Assembly: GCA_963667845.2 (NCBI GenBank)
Contig: CAXXVL010000002.1
Location: 3,008,001-3,072,000, forward strand
Origin: Smithellaceae bacterium
GTDB taxonomy: Bacteria; Desulfobacterota; Syntrophia; Syntrophales; Smithellaceae
Direction of reading: 5' to 3'
Length of the DNA stretch: 64,000 nt
Positions 1-11,300 of this stretch are shown one piece after another. Below the pieces are notes generated by a model. It was not told the origin of the DNA, made no database searches, and worked only from the letters and a program-made list of their open reading frames with translations. Position numbers and translations under genes: made by a program. How positions within the stretch are numbered: the first letter of the stretch is position 1; each line of letters begins with the position of its first letter.

Positions 1-158
1 CGGCAAGATCCGGCTACGATAAAGGGTACCGGGTTGTTGTTATCGGCGACTGCACAGGAACCGATACGGCCGAAGAGCAGAATTATGTCGAGAAGTTTAT
101 TTTTCCGAAGATCGGATCCGTCATGAACTATAAAGAATTTTTGAAGAGTCTTGTATAA
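1..158 (+). CDS. Isochorismatase/cysteine hydrolase family protein, 3' end (5'-partial)
   Basis: Not in ORF track. Frame from base 3 reads ARSGYDKGYRVVVIGDCTGT...EFLKSLV*, matching the (T)xRxAyDxGYxVxVxxDC C-terminal pattern of the family. Confidence 0.75.
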   Translation, partial: ARSGYDKGYRVVVIGDCTGTDTAEEQNYVEKFIFPKIGSVMNYKEFLKSLV

Positions 159-183
159 AGAGCCCTCTTATTTTCCCTCCCTT

Positions 184-217
184 GCTTTCTCCCCCTGATG
201 TTTGGGGGGGAGAAAGC
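184..217. other. 12-bp stem-loop between the hydrolase and permease genes (mRNA stabiliser or terminator)
   Basis: GCTTTCTCCCCC ... GGGGGAGAAAGC perfect inverted repeat; no U-tract follows. Confidence 0.5.
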
Positions 218-281
218 TCCGGAGAGGTGTTCAAAAGAATTGGCGCTGAAAATGGGCGCAAAGGTTTAAGGAGTACGGACA

Positions 282-1250
282 TTGAAGACAGATAACAAAA
301 TGATGAGCCTGTTCAAGGTGGGCCCGGGAAGAAGTTTTCTCGACATTGCGATTATTGCGGCCTGTTTCATGGTGCTGCTCCCGGTTCTGGGAATAAACCG
401 CACAACCGACTTTATGATATTTTGTGTCTATGTTCTCGGCTTCAATCTTCTCTATGGGTTTATGGGAAGACTCTCCTTCGGCCACATGCTCTACCTGGGC
501 ACAGGCGCCTACGCCATCACGCTCTTTTCCGCACATGTTTCGCAGAATCCGCTGCTGGCCATCCTGGCGGGGATAGCCGCGGGCGCGCTGATTGGAGTGA
601 TCATCGGTCCGGTTGTCGTCAGGACGACGGGCGCCTGCTTTGCATTGATCAATCTCGCTTTCGATCAGGTCGGATATTTTCTCGTTCTGGTGGCATTTTC
701 CAAATATACGGGCGGTGAAGACGGAATGTCGGTCTATTTTTCCAAGATGGGCTTTCTCGACTTCGGGCAAAAGCCGGTGATGTTCGGTTTCACGTTGCTG
801 TGCCTGCTCCTGACCTATTTCCTGCTGAAGAAATTCACATCCTCTCCCTACGGGATTCTCATCAAAAGCATCAAGGAAAATGAGACACGGGTGAAGTTTC
901 TCGGATACAATACGTTTAATTACAAATGGATCACATTCATCATTTCCACCTCCATTGCCGCGTTTGCCGGGGCGCTCTCGATTTTGAACTACGGATATGT
1001 AACGCCGAGTTTTATCGATCCGTCGCGGGCCGTGGAAGTGATCTTTGCCGCACTGATCGGCGGGTCGGGCAGTCTCTACGGCTCAATCATCGGCGGGGTG
1101 ATTTATATGGCGATCAGCAACTATCTCGCTTCCTACATATCGCGATGGGAGATGTTTCTCGGAATAGCGCTGCTCATATGCGTATTCCGGTTCCGCAGCG
1201 GCATCTGGGGATTTGTTTCGGATAAATTCAAAAGTCGTGCGGCGGCATAA
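282..1250 (+). CDS. livM: Branched-chain amino acid ABC transporter permease, LivM type
   Basis: GFMGRLSFGH, TGGEDG, SIKENETRVKFLG and LIGGSGS motifs; multiple TM helices; start may be ATG at 300. Confidence 0.85.
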   Translation: MKTDNKMMSLFKVGPGRSFLDIAIIAACFMVLLPVLGINRTTDFMIFCVYVLGFNLLYGFMGRLSFGHMLYLGTGAYAITLFSAHVSQNPLLAILAGIAAGALIGVIIGPVVVRTTGACFALINLAFDQVGYFLVLVAFSKYTGGEDGMSVYFSKMGFLDFGQKPVMFGFTLLCLLLTYFLLKKFTSSPYGILIKSIKENETRVKFLGYNTFNYKWITFIISTSIAAFAGALSILNYGYVTPSFIDPSRAVEVIFAALIGGSGSLYGSIIGGVIYMAISNYLASYISRWEMFLGIALLICVFRFRSGIWGFVSDKFKSRAAA

Positions 1251-1262
1251 AGAGAGGTTATC

Positions 1263-2096
1263 ATGATCAACACCATTGCATACGGATTAACCATCGGCGG
1301 AATTTTATACATCATCAGCATCGGGCTTTCCCTCACCTTCGGGACAATGAGGATCGTTAATTTTGCTCACGGCCTGATTTACGCCATCGGTGCATATTTT
1401 TTGATTACCTTCCTGCCCGTTGCGCGGAATCATTTCATCCTGGGCGCCGTTCTGGCCGTCCTGGCCGTTATTCCCATCAGCTATATAATTGAAAGATTCG
1501 TGGTGCGCAAACTCTATGGCGTATCAATCGACTACGCCATCATCGCCACTTATGCGGTCGTGCTGATCGGGGTTGATCTCATCAAATGGATCTGGGGAGC
1601 TTCGCCGATTCCCCTTTCCGATCCGGTGGGCATTGATGTTGCTTTTCTGGGCATCACGCTGCCCCTCTACCGGCTGATCATCATTGCGCTGGCCGTTGTT
1701 ATTTTTATCGGTCTGGCGATATTTTTCAAAAAAACCATGGTGGGGAAAATTGTCACGGCCGCCCTGGAAGATAAAGACGCCGTCAGGAGTCTGGGAATTA
1801 ATGTGGACAAGTATTTTGCCTATATTTTTGTCATCGGAAGCTGCCTGGCGGCACTCGGCGGCGTCTTGTATGCGCCGATCACCTCTGTTCACCCCTATAT
1901 GGGCTCGATGGTTCTTCTCTTGAGTTTCGCCGTTGTTCTGGTAGGCGGGCTCGGTAATATTAAAGGTACGTTCGTTGCGGCTTTTGCCCTCGGAATGGTC
2001 ATGTCGGTCACCGGAAGACTCTGGGGACCGGCCGCGGAAACGATGGTCTTTGTCGTGATGGGGATCGTATTGATCTTCAAACCGGTGGAAGTATAG
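1263..2096 (+). CDS. livH: Branched-chain amino acid ABC transporter permease, LivH type
   Basis: IGLSLTFGTMRIVNFAHG, SLGINV and VGGLG motifs; RBS GAGGT. Confidence 0.85.
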   Translation: MINTIAYGLTIGGILYIISIGLSLTFGTMRIVNFAHGLIYAIGAYFLITFLPVARNHFILGAVLAVLAVIPISYIIERFVVRKLYGVSIDYAIIATYAVVLIGVDLIKWIWGASPIPLSDPVGIDVAFLGITLPLYRLIIIALAVVIFIGLAIFFKKTMVGKIVTAALEDKDAVRSLGINVDKYFAYIFVIGSCLAALGGVLYAPITSVHPYMGSMVLLLSFAVVLVGGLGNIKGTFVAAFALGMVMSVTGRLWGPAAETMVFVVMGIVLIFKPVEV

Positions 2097-2130
2097 TTGC
2101 CGCCGGGCTTTTTCCGGAGAAATATAGAAG

Positions 2131-3444
2131 ATGGAAAACGCGTGTCCCCGCGAAACTGCGATTGACCTTTTCAATGCGGCGCTCCAAGCCGTCGATCCAT
2201 ACGGATTGGTTCAAGGGTATTGCGAATCCATATCCGCAGCATATATCAAAGAGCATTGCCGCAAATTATATCTGGTCAGTTTTGGCAAGGCTGCTTTCGC
2301 CATGACCCGGGCCCTTGTTGAAAGCCCCGCCGGGGAATTGATCACCCGCGGGATTGTCATCACCAAATACGGCCACGCTCCCGGAACATTGGCCGGCAAT
2401 CTCCGGATTTATGAAGCGGGTCATCCGGTTCCCGATGAACGGGGACTGGCTGCCACAAAGCAGGTCATCGATCTGCTGAAGGACGCTGACTCCGAAACGC
2501 TGGTCGTTTGTCTTATTTCCGGCGGCGGTTCCGCCCTGCTGGTCGCTCCGCAAGACGGCATTACGCTTGACGAAAAGCAGCAAATTACGGACGTGCTTTT
2601 GAGAGCCGGGGCAAATATCAACGAGCTCAATACCGTTCGAAAGCACATCTCCGCCGTCAAGGGGGGAAGACTGGCGCAAATGGCCTACCCCGCAAAAGTC
2701 ATCTCTCTTATCTTGTCCGATGTCATCGGAGATCCTCTGGATGTCATTGCGTCTGGCCCGACGTCGGCCGATAAAACCACTTTTTGTGATGCTCTTGAGG
2801 TGATCGAAAAATATGGTCTGCAAAATATAGTCCCGGATCATGTGTTGAACCTATTGAGACAGGGTTCTGAAGGCAATGTCGGAGAAACGCCCAAAAAGGG
2901 GAATGCGGTTTTCGAAAAAGTGGAAAATGTCATTGTCGGAAGCAATAAGATAGCAACCACAGCTGCGGCAAAAAGGGCCTCGGAGCTGGGTTTTGCGGCA
3001 ACTGTCCTGACCTCGGAGCTTCAGGGCGAGGCCCGGGACGCGGCAAAGTGGTTGGCACAAAAAGCGATCGAAATGAAGGGCCGGAAAGCGGCCGGCCAGA
3101 AAATCTGCCTGGTTTCCGGCGGAGAGACAATCGTGAAGGTATCGGGAAAGGGTCTCGGCGGCAGGAATACGGAACTCGCTTTAGCCTTTGCCGAAGCCAT
3201 TTCCGGAAATGACGGGATCACGCTTCTTTCCGCAGGTACTGACGGCACGGATGGACCTACCGATGCGGCCGGGGCCGTTGTCGACGGACAAACGGTGTCC
3301 AAGGCCCGGGCGCAGGGTCTCTCTCCCGACGTTTTCTTAAATAATAATGATTCTTATTCTATTTTCAAAAATACGGGCGAACTCCTTATCACCGGCTCAA
3401 CCGGCACGAATGTGATAGACATACAAATTATCCTGTTAAATTAG
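2131..3444 (+). CDS. Glycerate 2-kinase / hydroxypyruvate reductase (MOFRL, TtuD/GckA family)
   Basis: GKAA, ISGGGSAL, RKHISAVKGG, SDVIGD, SGGET, GGRN, GTDGTDG and TGTNVxD motifs. Confidence 0.9.
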   Translation: MENACPRETAIDLFNAALQAVDPYGLVQGYCESISAAYIKEHCRKLYLVSFGKAAFAMTRALVESPAGELITRGIVITKYGHAPGTLAGNLRIYEAGHPVPDERGLAATKQVIDLLKDADSETLVVCLISGGGSALLVAPQDGITLDEKQQITDVLLRAGANINELNTVRKHISAVKGGRLAQMAYPAKVISLILSDVIGDPLDVIASGPTSADKTTFCDALEVIEKYGLQNIVPDHVLNLLRQGSEGNVGETPKKGNAVFEKVENVIVGSNKIATTAAAKRASELGFAATVLTSELQGEARDAAKWLAQKAIEMKGRKAAGQKICLVSGGETIVKVSGKGLGGRNTELALAFAEAISGNDGITLLSAGTDGTDGPTDAAGAVVDGQTVSKARAQGLSPDVFLNNNDSYSIFKNTGELLITGSTGTNVIDIQIILLN

Positions 3445-3479
3445 TTCTCGGTTCGTGTCCAATTCAGCTAAAGCCTTTT

Positions 3480-4058
3480 TTATCGCACCGGGACGGCCGG
3501 CCCGATGTCGCAATGATCGGAAAAACCTGCGGGCGGAACCCCCAGAGCCTGCAGGAGCCTCGCCCAGTAATTGACCTGCGCGGCGGTCGCGGCCAGAATG
3601 ACGATTTCGCGTTCTGTAAAATCAGCCTTCAGTTTAGAGACGAACTCCTGCGGAAACGTGAGCGGTGTCCGGGAAATCAGGACCGCATATTCCATCGCGA
3701 TCATCTCGCGGGCGGAAAAGGTTTTCACCGCGGTAATCTCCAACCGGCCCTGCAGCGCCGATAATTCTTCGGACGTGATACCGAACTGATCATAATCATA
3801 AGAATTCATATCGATGCAGAAAGGGCAGGCGACGGCAAAAGACGTCCGCAGACGGACCAGTTTCAGAATCCGTTTGCCGAGCGTTTTATCATGGTGGGCG
3901 ACAAGGGCTTCCATCACGCCGGAGCTGATCGCTGTTTTGGGATACCAGGCCAGAAGCTTGCCGGGCAAAAGGTCCCGGCCGGTAGCCATTCTGGAAATCC
4001 AGATACCGATTCTCAGATAAAACGGGATCTTCTTGGGCGGGTCGATAAAGGCTTTCAT
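3480..4058 (-). CDS. Carboxymuconolactone decarboxylase / AhpD-like protein
   Basis: LVRLRTSFAVACPFCIDMN CxxC motif, FSARE, FTEREIV; ATG at 4058 follows AAGGA. Confidence 0.75.
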   Translation of the reverse strand: MKAFIDPPKKIPFYLRIGIWISRMATGRDLLPGKLLAWYPKTAISSGVMEALVAHHDKTLGKRILKLVRLRTSFAVACPFCIDMNSYDYDQFGITSEELSALQGRLEITAVKTFSAREMIAMEYAVLISRTPLTFPQEFVSKLKADFTEREIVILAATAAQVNYWARLLQALGVPPAGFSDHCDIGPAVPVR

Positions 4059-4087
4059 AGGCATTCCTTTCCACGATTCATGGCAGA

Positions 4088-4190
4088 TTTTAATCCCGCT
4101 CACGCGGGACGAGCGTTAATTCCCTGTCGCCTGCTGCGAAATAATGACTTTCATTTCATACCTCGACAGCTTGCTGCGAGGCGGTTGATC
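4088..4190. repeat. Dispersed palindromic intergenic element, copy 1 (long form)
   Basis: TTAATCCCGCTCACGCGGGACGAGCGTTAATT...CAGCTTGCTGCGAGGCGGTTGAT; homologous to 15665-15727 and 19640-19743. Confidence 0.85.
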
Positions 4191-4310
4191 TGACAATATG
4201 CTATCGATTTTTTTGTATTGCAAGAGAAGCATTTATAAATTATTGACTAACCGACAAGCCCAAGGATAATCAGGGACCCATAAGGCGATTTTATCAAAGG
4301 GAGTCCGGCA

Positions 4311-5438
4311 GTGAAGCGATCCGCAGAGTTGATGGTCAGGAATATCGAGGCCGCTGTTGTGCGCAGTCCGGGGGGGCCCCTGAAAATCGAAACATTGAAG
4401 ATGGAAGGTCCGCAGGAATCTGAGGTGCTTGTCCGAATCGTCGCATCCGGAATCTGCCACACGGATATCAGTATGGTCGATTTCTGGGAAACGTCCGACG
4501 GTCCGCTGGTGTTGGGCCACGAAGGAGCGGGGATTGTCGAGGCAACCGGGAAAAGAGTGAAGGGTATCCGGCCCGGCGACCACGTCGTTTTGTCTTACCA
4601 ATCCTGCGGCACTTGTCAGGCGTGTAAAAGCGGGCGCCCCACAGGATGCCGCAGGTTCTATGAACTGAATTTCGGTTTCCACCGTCTTGATGGCACGAAC
4701 GCCCTTCGGCAAAGCGGTGTTCGCGGTCATTTTATCGGCCAGTCCTCTTTTGCCTCCCATGTTCTCGCCACTGAGCGCAATCTGGTCAAGGTATCCAGGA
4801 AATTGCCCCTGGAAGTTCTGGCGCCGCTTGGCTGCGGCATGCAAACCGGGGCGGGGACGATTATGAATATGCTGCGCGTCCGCAAAGGCGAAAGTGTTGC
4901 CGTGTTCGGCACGGGAGCTGTCGGTCTGGCTGCGGTTATGGCCGCTCATATCGTCGGTGCTTTTCCGATTATCGGAGTGGATATCAGGCCTTCGCGATTG
5001 AAACTTGCTTTGGATCTGGGAGCAACACACGTCATCAATAGCCGGAAAACCGATGTGACATCGGACATGGCTAAAATTGTTGCCCAAGGCGCACACTACG
5101 TACTGGAGACGACCGGTCATGCCGCGATGTTGCAACTCGCGCCGCACGTCACAAAGAAGGGGGGTACGGCAGCTTTTTTTACGGGCGATGACATTCCTGA
5201 TTCCGTGCCCAGAGGCATCAAAGCCGTGCAGGTGATCGAAGGTGATTCGATACCGCAAATCTTTATTCCCAGACTGATCAGATTGTACCGGAGCGGCCGG
5301 TTTCCTTTTGACCGCCTCTTAAAGTTTTATGAGTTTAAGGACATCAACCGGGCCATGAACGATTCACGAAGCGGCAAAACCATCAAACCAGTGCTTCTCA
5401 TGAGCACGTCGGTTGTTGATAGACTGAGCTCCCGTTAG
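4311..5438 (+). CDS. Zn-dependent NAD(P) alcohol dehydrogenase (aryl/benzyl alcohol dehydrogenase-like)
   Basis: GICHTD, LGHEGAG, CxxCxxC structural Zn ligands, PLGCGMQTGAG, GTGAVG, GRFPFDRL. Confidence 0.9.
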   Translation: MKRSAELMVRNIEAAVVRSPGGPLKIETLKMEGPQESEVLVRIVASGICHTDISMVDFWETSDGPLVLGHEGAGIVEATGKRVKGIRPGDHVVLSYQSCGTCQACKSGRPTGCRRFYELNFGFHRLDGTNALRQSGVRGHFIGQSSFASHVLATERNLVKVSRKLPLEVLAPLGCGMQTGAGTIMNMLRVRKGESVAVFGTGAVGLAAVMAAHIVGAFPIIGVDIRPSRLKLALDLGATHVINSRKTDVTSDMAKIVAQGAHYVLETTGHAAMLQLAPHVTKKGGTAAFFTGDDIPDSVPRGIKAVQVIEGDSIPQIFIPRLIRLYRSGRFPFDRLLKFYEFKDINRAMNDSRSGKTIKPVLLMSTSVVDRLSSR

Positions 5439-5653
5439 AGTGCGAATGTGCCATGTTGAATATTCTCGGTGACCTGATTTTATAAGAGCTTTACCCTCCC
5501 AATAAGCTATCCTTCTTTTATCATTGTTCGAATCAACTCCATCATTTAATTAGCGTTGAGTATAGATCGGCATTTACTGCACGGATTAAAAATAATTGAG
5601 AAGTATCGTCCTGCCGGTGCCGGAAAAACAAAAACCAATCGTGAGTATCTCTC

Positions 5654-7165
5654 ATGAAGACGAAGAAGACCCTTAAACAAAGCGCTCAATTCTTGATTGC
5701 CCCGCTTTTTGTCCTGTTGATTTGCGGTTGTGCGGTCGGTCCCGATTTCAGGGTTCCGGACGCTCCTTCAGTGGACAGGTATACAAAGAGCGAGTTGCCG
5801 GAAAAGACGATTGCCTCCGATACCAAGGGCGGAATAGAACAAAAATTCATCATCGGCCGAGATATTTCCCGCGAGTGGTGGACATTGTTTCATTCGGACG
5901 CTCTGGATCAGTTGATCCGCCAGGCGCTTCAGGAAAACCCGAGCGTGGCGCTTGCCCAGGCCAGATTACGGGAAGCCCGTGAAAACCGTGCGGCTCAATT
6001 CGGATCTTTCTTTCCAAGTGTTGACGCCGGCGCTTCGGTCAGCCGGCAGAGGGTATCCGGTGCGTCTCTGGGGCAGCCGGGTGCCGGCAGCACGACCTTC
6101 AGCCTGATCAATGCCTCGATCGGGGTGTCGTATACACTGGACATTTTCGGCGGCTTGAGACGCCAGTTGGAAGCGTTGGATGCCCTGGTTGAGTATCAGG
6201 GCTATCAACTGGAAGGTGCCTATCTTATCCTTACCTCCAATATCGTCACTTCGGCCATGCTTGAAGCTTCGCTGCGCAAGCAGACAAGGGCGACCCGGGA
6301 AATTATTGATTTTCAGACCCAGCAGCTTAAGCTCGTCAAAGAACGCTATAACCTGGGCGCGGTGGCTCTTGCCGATGTTCTGGCGCAACAGTCACAACTT
6401 GCGCAAACCGAGGCGACTCTGCCCGTCCTGGAGAAGAATCTTTCGTTCGTCCGGCACCAGTTAGCCGTGCTTGTCGGAAAGGCACCCAGCGAAATCGATC
6501 TGCCGGAATTTGATTTGGAGACGATGTCTCTGCCGCAGGAGTTGCCGGTCAGTCTGCCTTCAACCCTGCTGCGACAGCGTCCGGACATCAAGGCCGCTGA
6601 AGCGGTGCTCCACCAGGCCTCTGCTCAAGTCGGCGTGGCCACGGCTAATCTCTACCCGAAGATAACGCTTTCCGGCTCATACGGCGTTGTGTCCAACAGC
6701 CTGGGAGACCTGTTCAACGGCCAGTCCGTAATCTGGAATATCGGAGCCGGGCTTCTGCAGCCGGTTTTTCACGGCGGGACGCTCAGGGCGCAACGGCGCG
6801 CGGCCGTCGCGGCCTATGATCAGTCGCTCGCGCAATACCGCCTGACCATTTTGCAGTCCTTTCAAAATGTCGCCGATGCTCTGCGATCCCTGGAGATCGA
6901 TGCCCTGGCATTAGAAGCCCAGGTGAAGGCTGAACAAGCCGCCCGCGAATCTCTTGAGCTGACCCGGAAGCAGTATGAGCTGGGAGCCGTGAGCTACCCG
7001 TTTCTGCTCAATGCCCAGCAGCAATACCAGGTGGCGTATATCAACCTCGTCGGGGCGCAGTCCGCGCGGTTTGCAGATACAGCAGCACTTTTTGTGGCGC
7101 TGGGTGGCGGCTGGTGGCAGGACAGGGCCGATCGGAAAGACACATCTCAATTATCACAGGAGTGA
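5654..7165 (+). CDS. RND efflux outer membrane factor lipoprotein (NodT/OprM family)
   Basis: Lipobox ICGC-AVGPD, WWTLF, LPSTLLRQRPDI, ALGGGW. Confidence 0.9.
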   Translation: MKTKKTLKQSAQFLIAPLFVLLICGCAVGPDFRVPDAPSVDRYTKSELPEKTIASDTKGGIEQKFIIGRDISREWWTLFHSDALDQLIRQALQENPSVALAQARLREARENRAAQFGSFFPSVDAGASVSRQRVSGASLGQPGAGSTTFSLINASIGVSYTLDIFGGLRRQLEALDALVEYQGYQLEGAYLILTSNIVTSAMLEASLRKQTRATREIIDFQTQQLKLVKERYNLGAVALADVLAQQSQLAQTEATLPVLEKNLSFVRHQLAVLVGKAPSEIDLPEFDLETMSLPQELPVSLPSTLLRQRPDIKAAEAVLHQASAQVGVATANLYPKITLSGSYGVVSNSLGDLFNGQSVIWNIGAGLLQPVFHGGTLRAQRRAAVAAYDQSLAQYRLTILQSFQNVADALRSLEIDALALEAQVKAEQAARESLELTRKQYELGAVSYPFLLNAQQQYQVAYINLVGAQSARFADTAALFVALGGGWWQDRADRKDTSQLSQE

Positions 7166-7170
7166 TGCCC

Positions 7171-8325
7171 ATGATGTCGGACAGGAAAAAGAAGATGATT
7201 CGGGGCATGGTGATCATGCTTTTGGTCGTAGGAATCATTTTCGGGAGTATTTTCGGTTTTAAGGCATTTCAAATGCTGATGATCAAGAAATTTATGGCAG
7301 GTCAGAAAATGCCCCCGGTAACCGTGACGGCCGAGCAGGCCAGTCTCCAGGAATGGCAGCCGCAACTCAGAGCTGTAGGCAGCCTGCGCGCTGTCCGCGG
7401 TGTCGATGTAACCTGTGAAGTGGCCGGTTTGGTGCGGACCATTAACTTTCAGCCGGGGCAGCAGGTGAGGGCGGGAGAACTCCTTGTCGAGCTGAATGCC
7501 GATTCAGATATTGCGCAGCTCCATTCCCTTGAGGCCGCCGTCGCACTGGCCGGAATAGTCTTTGATCGGGATCAGAAACAATATGCCGCACAGGCCATTA
7601 GTAAAGCCGTTCTGGACGCCGATGAAGCGGATCTCAAGATCAAAAAGGCGCAGCTCGATCAGCAAAAAGCGCTCGTGGAAAAGAAATTCATTCGCGCCCC
7701 TTTTGACGGACAACTGGGAATTAATGCTGTAAACCTCGGGCAATATCTGGAGCCGGGAAACAAAGTCGTCACGCTGCAGGCGCTCGATCAGCTTTATGGC
7801 GATTTCTATGTGCCTCAGCAGGACCTCGGACGGATTAAAAAGGGTCAGGCCGTTATTGCGACCAATGATACCTATCCCGGGCGCTCGTTTCGGGGGAAAA
7901 TATCGACGATCAATCCGAAGGTAGAGCCCGAATCGCGCAATATCCGGGTGGAATCGCTCATCGGCAATCCCCGGCATGAACTGCTTCCCGGAATGTTTAT
8001 CACGATCGATATCCAGACCGGCACTCCGGAAAGACGTATGACGCTGCCCCAGACGGCTGTATCTTTTAACCCTTACGGAGAGATGGTCTTTATCGTCCAA
8101 CGCGGCCCCAAGGACGCATCCGGACGGGAGGCGCTGACTGTCAAGCAGTCCCTTGTGAAGGTTGGACCGACCCGCGGCGATCAGGTGTCGATTATGAGCG
8201 GTATCAAAGAAGGAGATATCGTTGTCACCAGCGGCCATTTCAAACTGAAGCCGGGAAGCGCCGTCGTGATTGACAACAAAGTAGTGCCTAAAAACGATGC
8301 CGCACCGACGCCGGTCGACGAATAA
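7171..8325 (+). CDS. RND efflux periplasmic adaptor (MFP)
   Basis: N-terminal TM, GSLRAVRGV, IRAPFDG, LLPGMF; RBS CAGGAG before ATG 7171. Confidence 0.9.
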   Translation: MMSDRKKKMIRGMVIMLLVVGIIFGSIFGFKAFQMLMIKKFMAGQKMPPVTVTAEQASLQEWQPQLRAVGSLRAVRGVDVTCEVAGLVRTINFQPGQQVRAGELLVELNADSDIAQLHSLEAAVALAGIVFDRDQKQYAAQAISKAVLDADEADLKIKKAQLDQQKALVEKKFIRAPFDGQLGINAVNLGQYLEPGNKVVTLQALDQLYGDFYVPQQDLGRIKKGQAVIATNDTYPGRSFRGKISTINPKVEPESRNIRVESLIGNPRHELLPGMFITIDIQTGTPERRMTLPQTAVSFNPYGEMVFIVQRGPKDASGREALTVKQSLVKVGPTRGDQVSIMSGIKEGDIVVTSGHFKLKPGSAVVIDNKVVPKNDAAPTPVDE

Positions 8326-8335
8326 ACCTTAAAGG

Positions 8336-11300
8336 ATGATCATGCATTTTACGGACATCTTCATACGACGGCCTGTCCTGGCCGTCGTGATCAGTCTGTT
8401 GATTCTGGTACTGGGCCTGCGATCCATCAGTCTGCTCAAGGTGCGCGAGTTTCCTGAGACGCAAAATGCAGTCGTGACGGTAACGACTGTTTACACCGGT
8501 TCCGATCCGGGTGTCGTCGCCGGTTTTATCACCGCGCCGCTGGAGAATTCAATAGCCCAGGCCAACGGGATCGACTACCTCACCTCGGTGAGCACTGGAA
8601 GCGTCAGCACGATTCAGGCCTATCTGCGCTTAAACTATGACTCGAACCGGGCGCTCACGGAAATTAATACCAAGGTCAACGCCGTCCTTAATCAATTGCC
8701 GCGCGACGCGCAGCCGCCGGTGATCAGCGTGGCGATCGGGGAGACGATTGCCTCGATGTATATCGGCTTCTACAGCAAGGTCATGGCTCCCAATAAAATA
8801 ACGGACTACCTGATCCGTGTGGTGCAGCCGAAACTGCAGGCGGTGGAAGGCGTGCAGGCGGCCGACATTCTGGGGGGCCGGCGCTTTGCCATGCGCATCT
8901 GGCTCGATCCGCAGAAGATGGCGGCCTGTAGCGTCACGGCGGCCGACGTCAGCGCCGCCCTGGCCAATAACGATTTCATTTCCGCAGTCGGGCGTACGCA
9001 GGGGCAGATGATCACGGTCAATCTGATCGCGGATACCACGCTGCATTCGGTTGACGAATTCAGAGAACTCATCATCACGTCCAGAAATGAAGCGATCATT
9101 CGCCTGAAGGACGTGTCGAACATCACGCTGGGTTCAGAAGACTATGACACGGCGGTCGCCTTTGACGGGGACCGGGCGACCTATATCGGCATCAAAGTTG
9201 CGCCCGGAGCCAATCTGCTCACGGTGATTGAAAACGTGCGCAAAGCCTTTCCCCCCATCGAGGAGCAATTCCCTGAGGAGCTTAAGGGACGCATCGTTTA
9301 CGATGCCACAAAATACATCAACAGCTCGATCCAAGAAGTGATCAGTACGCTGATCAAGGCGCTGGTGATCGTCACGATCGTGATCTTCCTGTTTCTGGCG
9401 AGCATCCGTTCCGTGATTATACCGACGATTGCGATTCCCCTGTCGCTCGTCGGGGGATTCTTCATCATGTTGATTCTGGGTTATTCCATCAATCTGCTCA
9501 CCCTGCTGGCTCTGGTTCTGGCGATCGGGTTGGTGGTGGACGATGCCATCATCGTGGTCGAAAATTGCCACCGGCATATTGAGGTGGGACTCTCCCCCCT
9601 GCAAGCTGCGATCGTGGGAGCGCGGGAGCTCGCCGGTCCGATCATCGCCATTACCGTGGTATTGATTGCCGTCTATGTGCCCATCGGCTTTATGGGCGGA
9701 CTGACCGGAGCGCTCTTTACCGAATTCGCCTACTCGCTCGCGGCGGCTGTCACCGTGTCGGCCGTCATTGCTTTAACGTTGTCTCCGATGATGTGTTCCA
9801 AAATACTTAAAACAGAACACCAGGAGAATCCCGGCTGGTTTCAAAAATTTGTCAACGGCCAGTTCGACTTTTTACGGAGGACCTACCAGAAATTATTGAC
9901 GATCGCTCTCAACTACCTGCCCGTGACGATCGTATTTGCAATATTTATCCTGGTCATCAATTACTTTCTCTTTGTCGGATCGAAAAGCGAACTGGCCCCT
10001 CAGGAGGATCAGGGGATTATTATTTCTTTCATTACGACTGCGCCGAACGCGACGCTGGAGCAAACGCAGCTCAATTCCCGACAGGTGTTCGATATCTTCA
10101 AATCTTATCCCGAAACCGACCATGTCTTTCAACTCGACGGGGTCAACGGGCTGAATACGGGTGTTGCCGGGCTGGTCACCAAACCCTGGGATGAGCGCAA
10201 GCGCACAACCATGCAGTTAAACCCGATGGTCCAGATGAAGCTCAATGGCATTGCGGGAGCACGCGCAGCGGCTTTTCTGAGGCCGCCGCTGCCGGGCACC
10301 AGCGGACTTCCTGTGCAATTTATTGTCGGGACGACAAACTCGTTTGAGAATCTGAATGAAATATCTCAGAACATCCTGGCCGGCGCTTACCGTACCGGAC
10401 TGTTTGCCTACGTGGACACCGATCTTAAGATAGATAAACCTCAGACGCTCCTGCGCATCAATCGTGAAAAGGCCGCGCAGATGGGATTGACGATGCGCGA
10501 TGTCGGCGGGCAACTGGGGGCAATGCTCGGAGGCGGCTATGTGAATTTTTTCGATCTGCAGGGCCGGTCCTATAAAGTCATTCCACAGGTGATGCAGCGC
10601 GAACGGCTCAATACAAGCCAGCTCCAGAACTATTACTTTAAGACATCCGGCGGCACATCCATTCCGTTTGCGACAATCGTTGATCTGAAAACGGATGTTG
10701 TCCCCGAATCACTCAATCACTTTCAACAGCTCAACGCCGTAACGATTTCGGCGGTGCCTGCGCCCGGCGTGACGCTGGGGGAGGCGCTGGAGGCTTTGAA
10801 CAATATTGCCCGGAATGGCCTGCCGCAGGGTTACAGCACGGACTATGCGGGGTTATCCCGGCAATTTATGAGCGAATCGAGGGCTCTGCTGATCACTTTC
10901 GTCTTCGCTCTGATTATCATCTTCCTGGCGCTGGCGGCGCTTTTCGAAAGTTTCCGCGATCCGCTGATCGTCATGATCAGCGTCCCGATGTCGGTTTGCG
11001 GGGCCATGATTTTTATCAGCCTGGGTGTTGGAGGCGCCACTCTCAATATTTATACGGAGGTCGGGCTGGTTACGCTCATTGGTTTGATCAGCAAACACGG
11101 TATTTTGATCGTGCAGTTTGCCAATGACTTGCAGAGACAGGGAGAAAATAAGCGGCGGGCCATCGAAATGGCGTCAAGCATTCGGCTGAGGCCGATTCTC
11201 ATGACGACGGCGGCGATGATCGTGGGTGTGGTCCCGCTGGTGACGGCGTCAGGGGCGGGTGCCGAGGGCCGCTTCAACATGGGGCTGGTCATCATGACCG

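Noticed and set aside
4233..5258. 341-aa minus-strand ORF
   Set aside because: Antisense shadow of the alcohol dehydrogenase gene; no recognisable motifs
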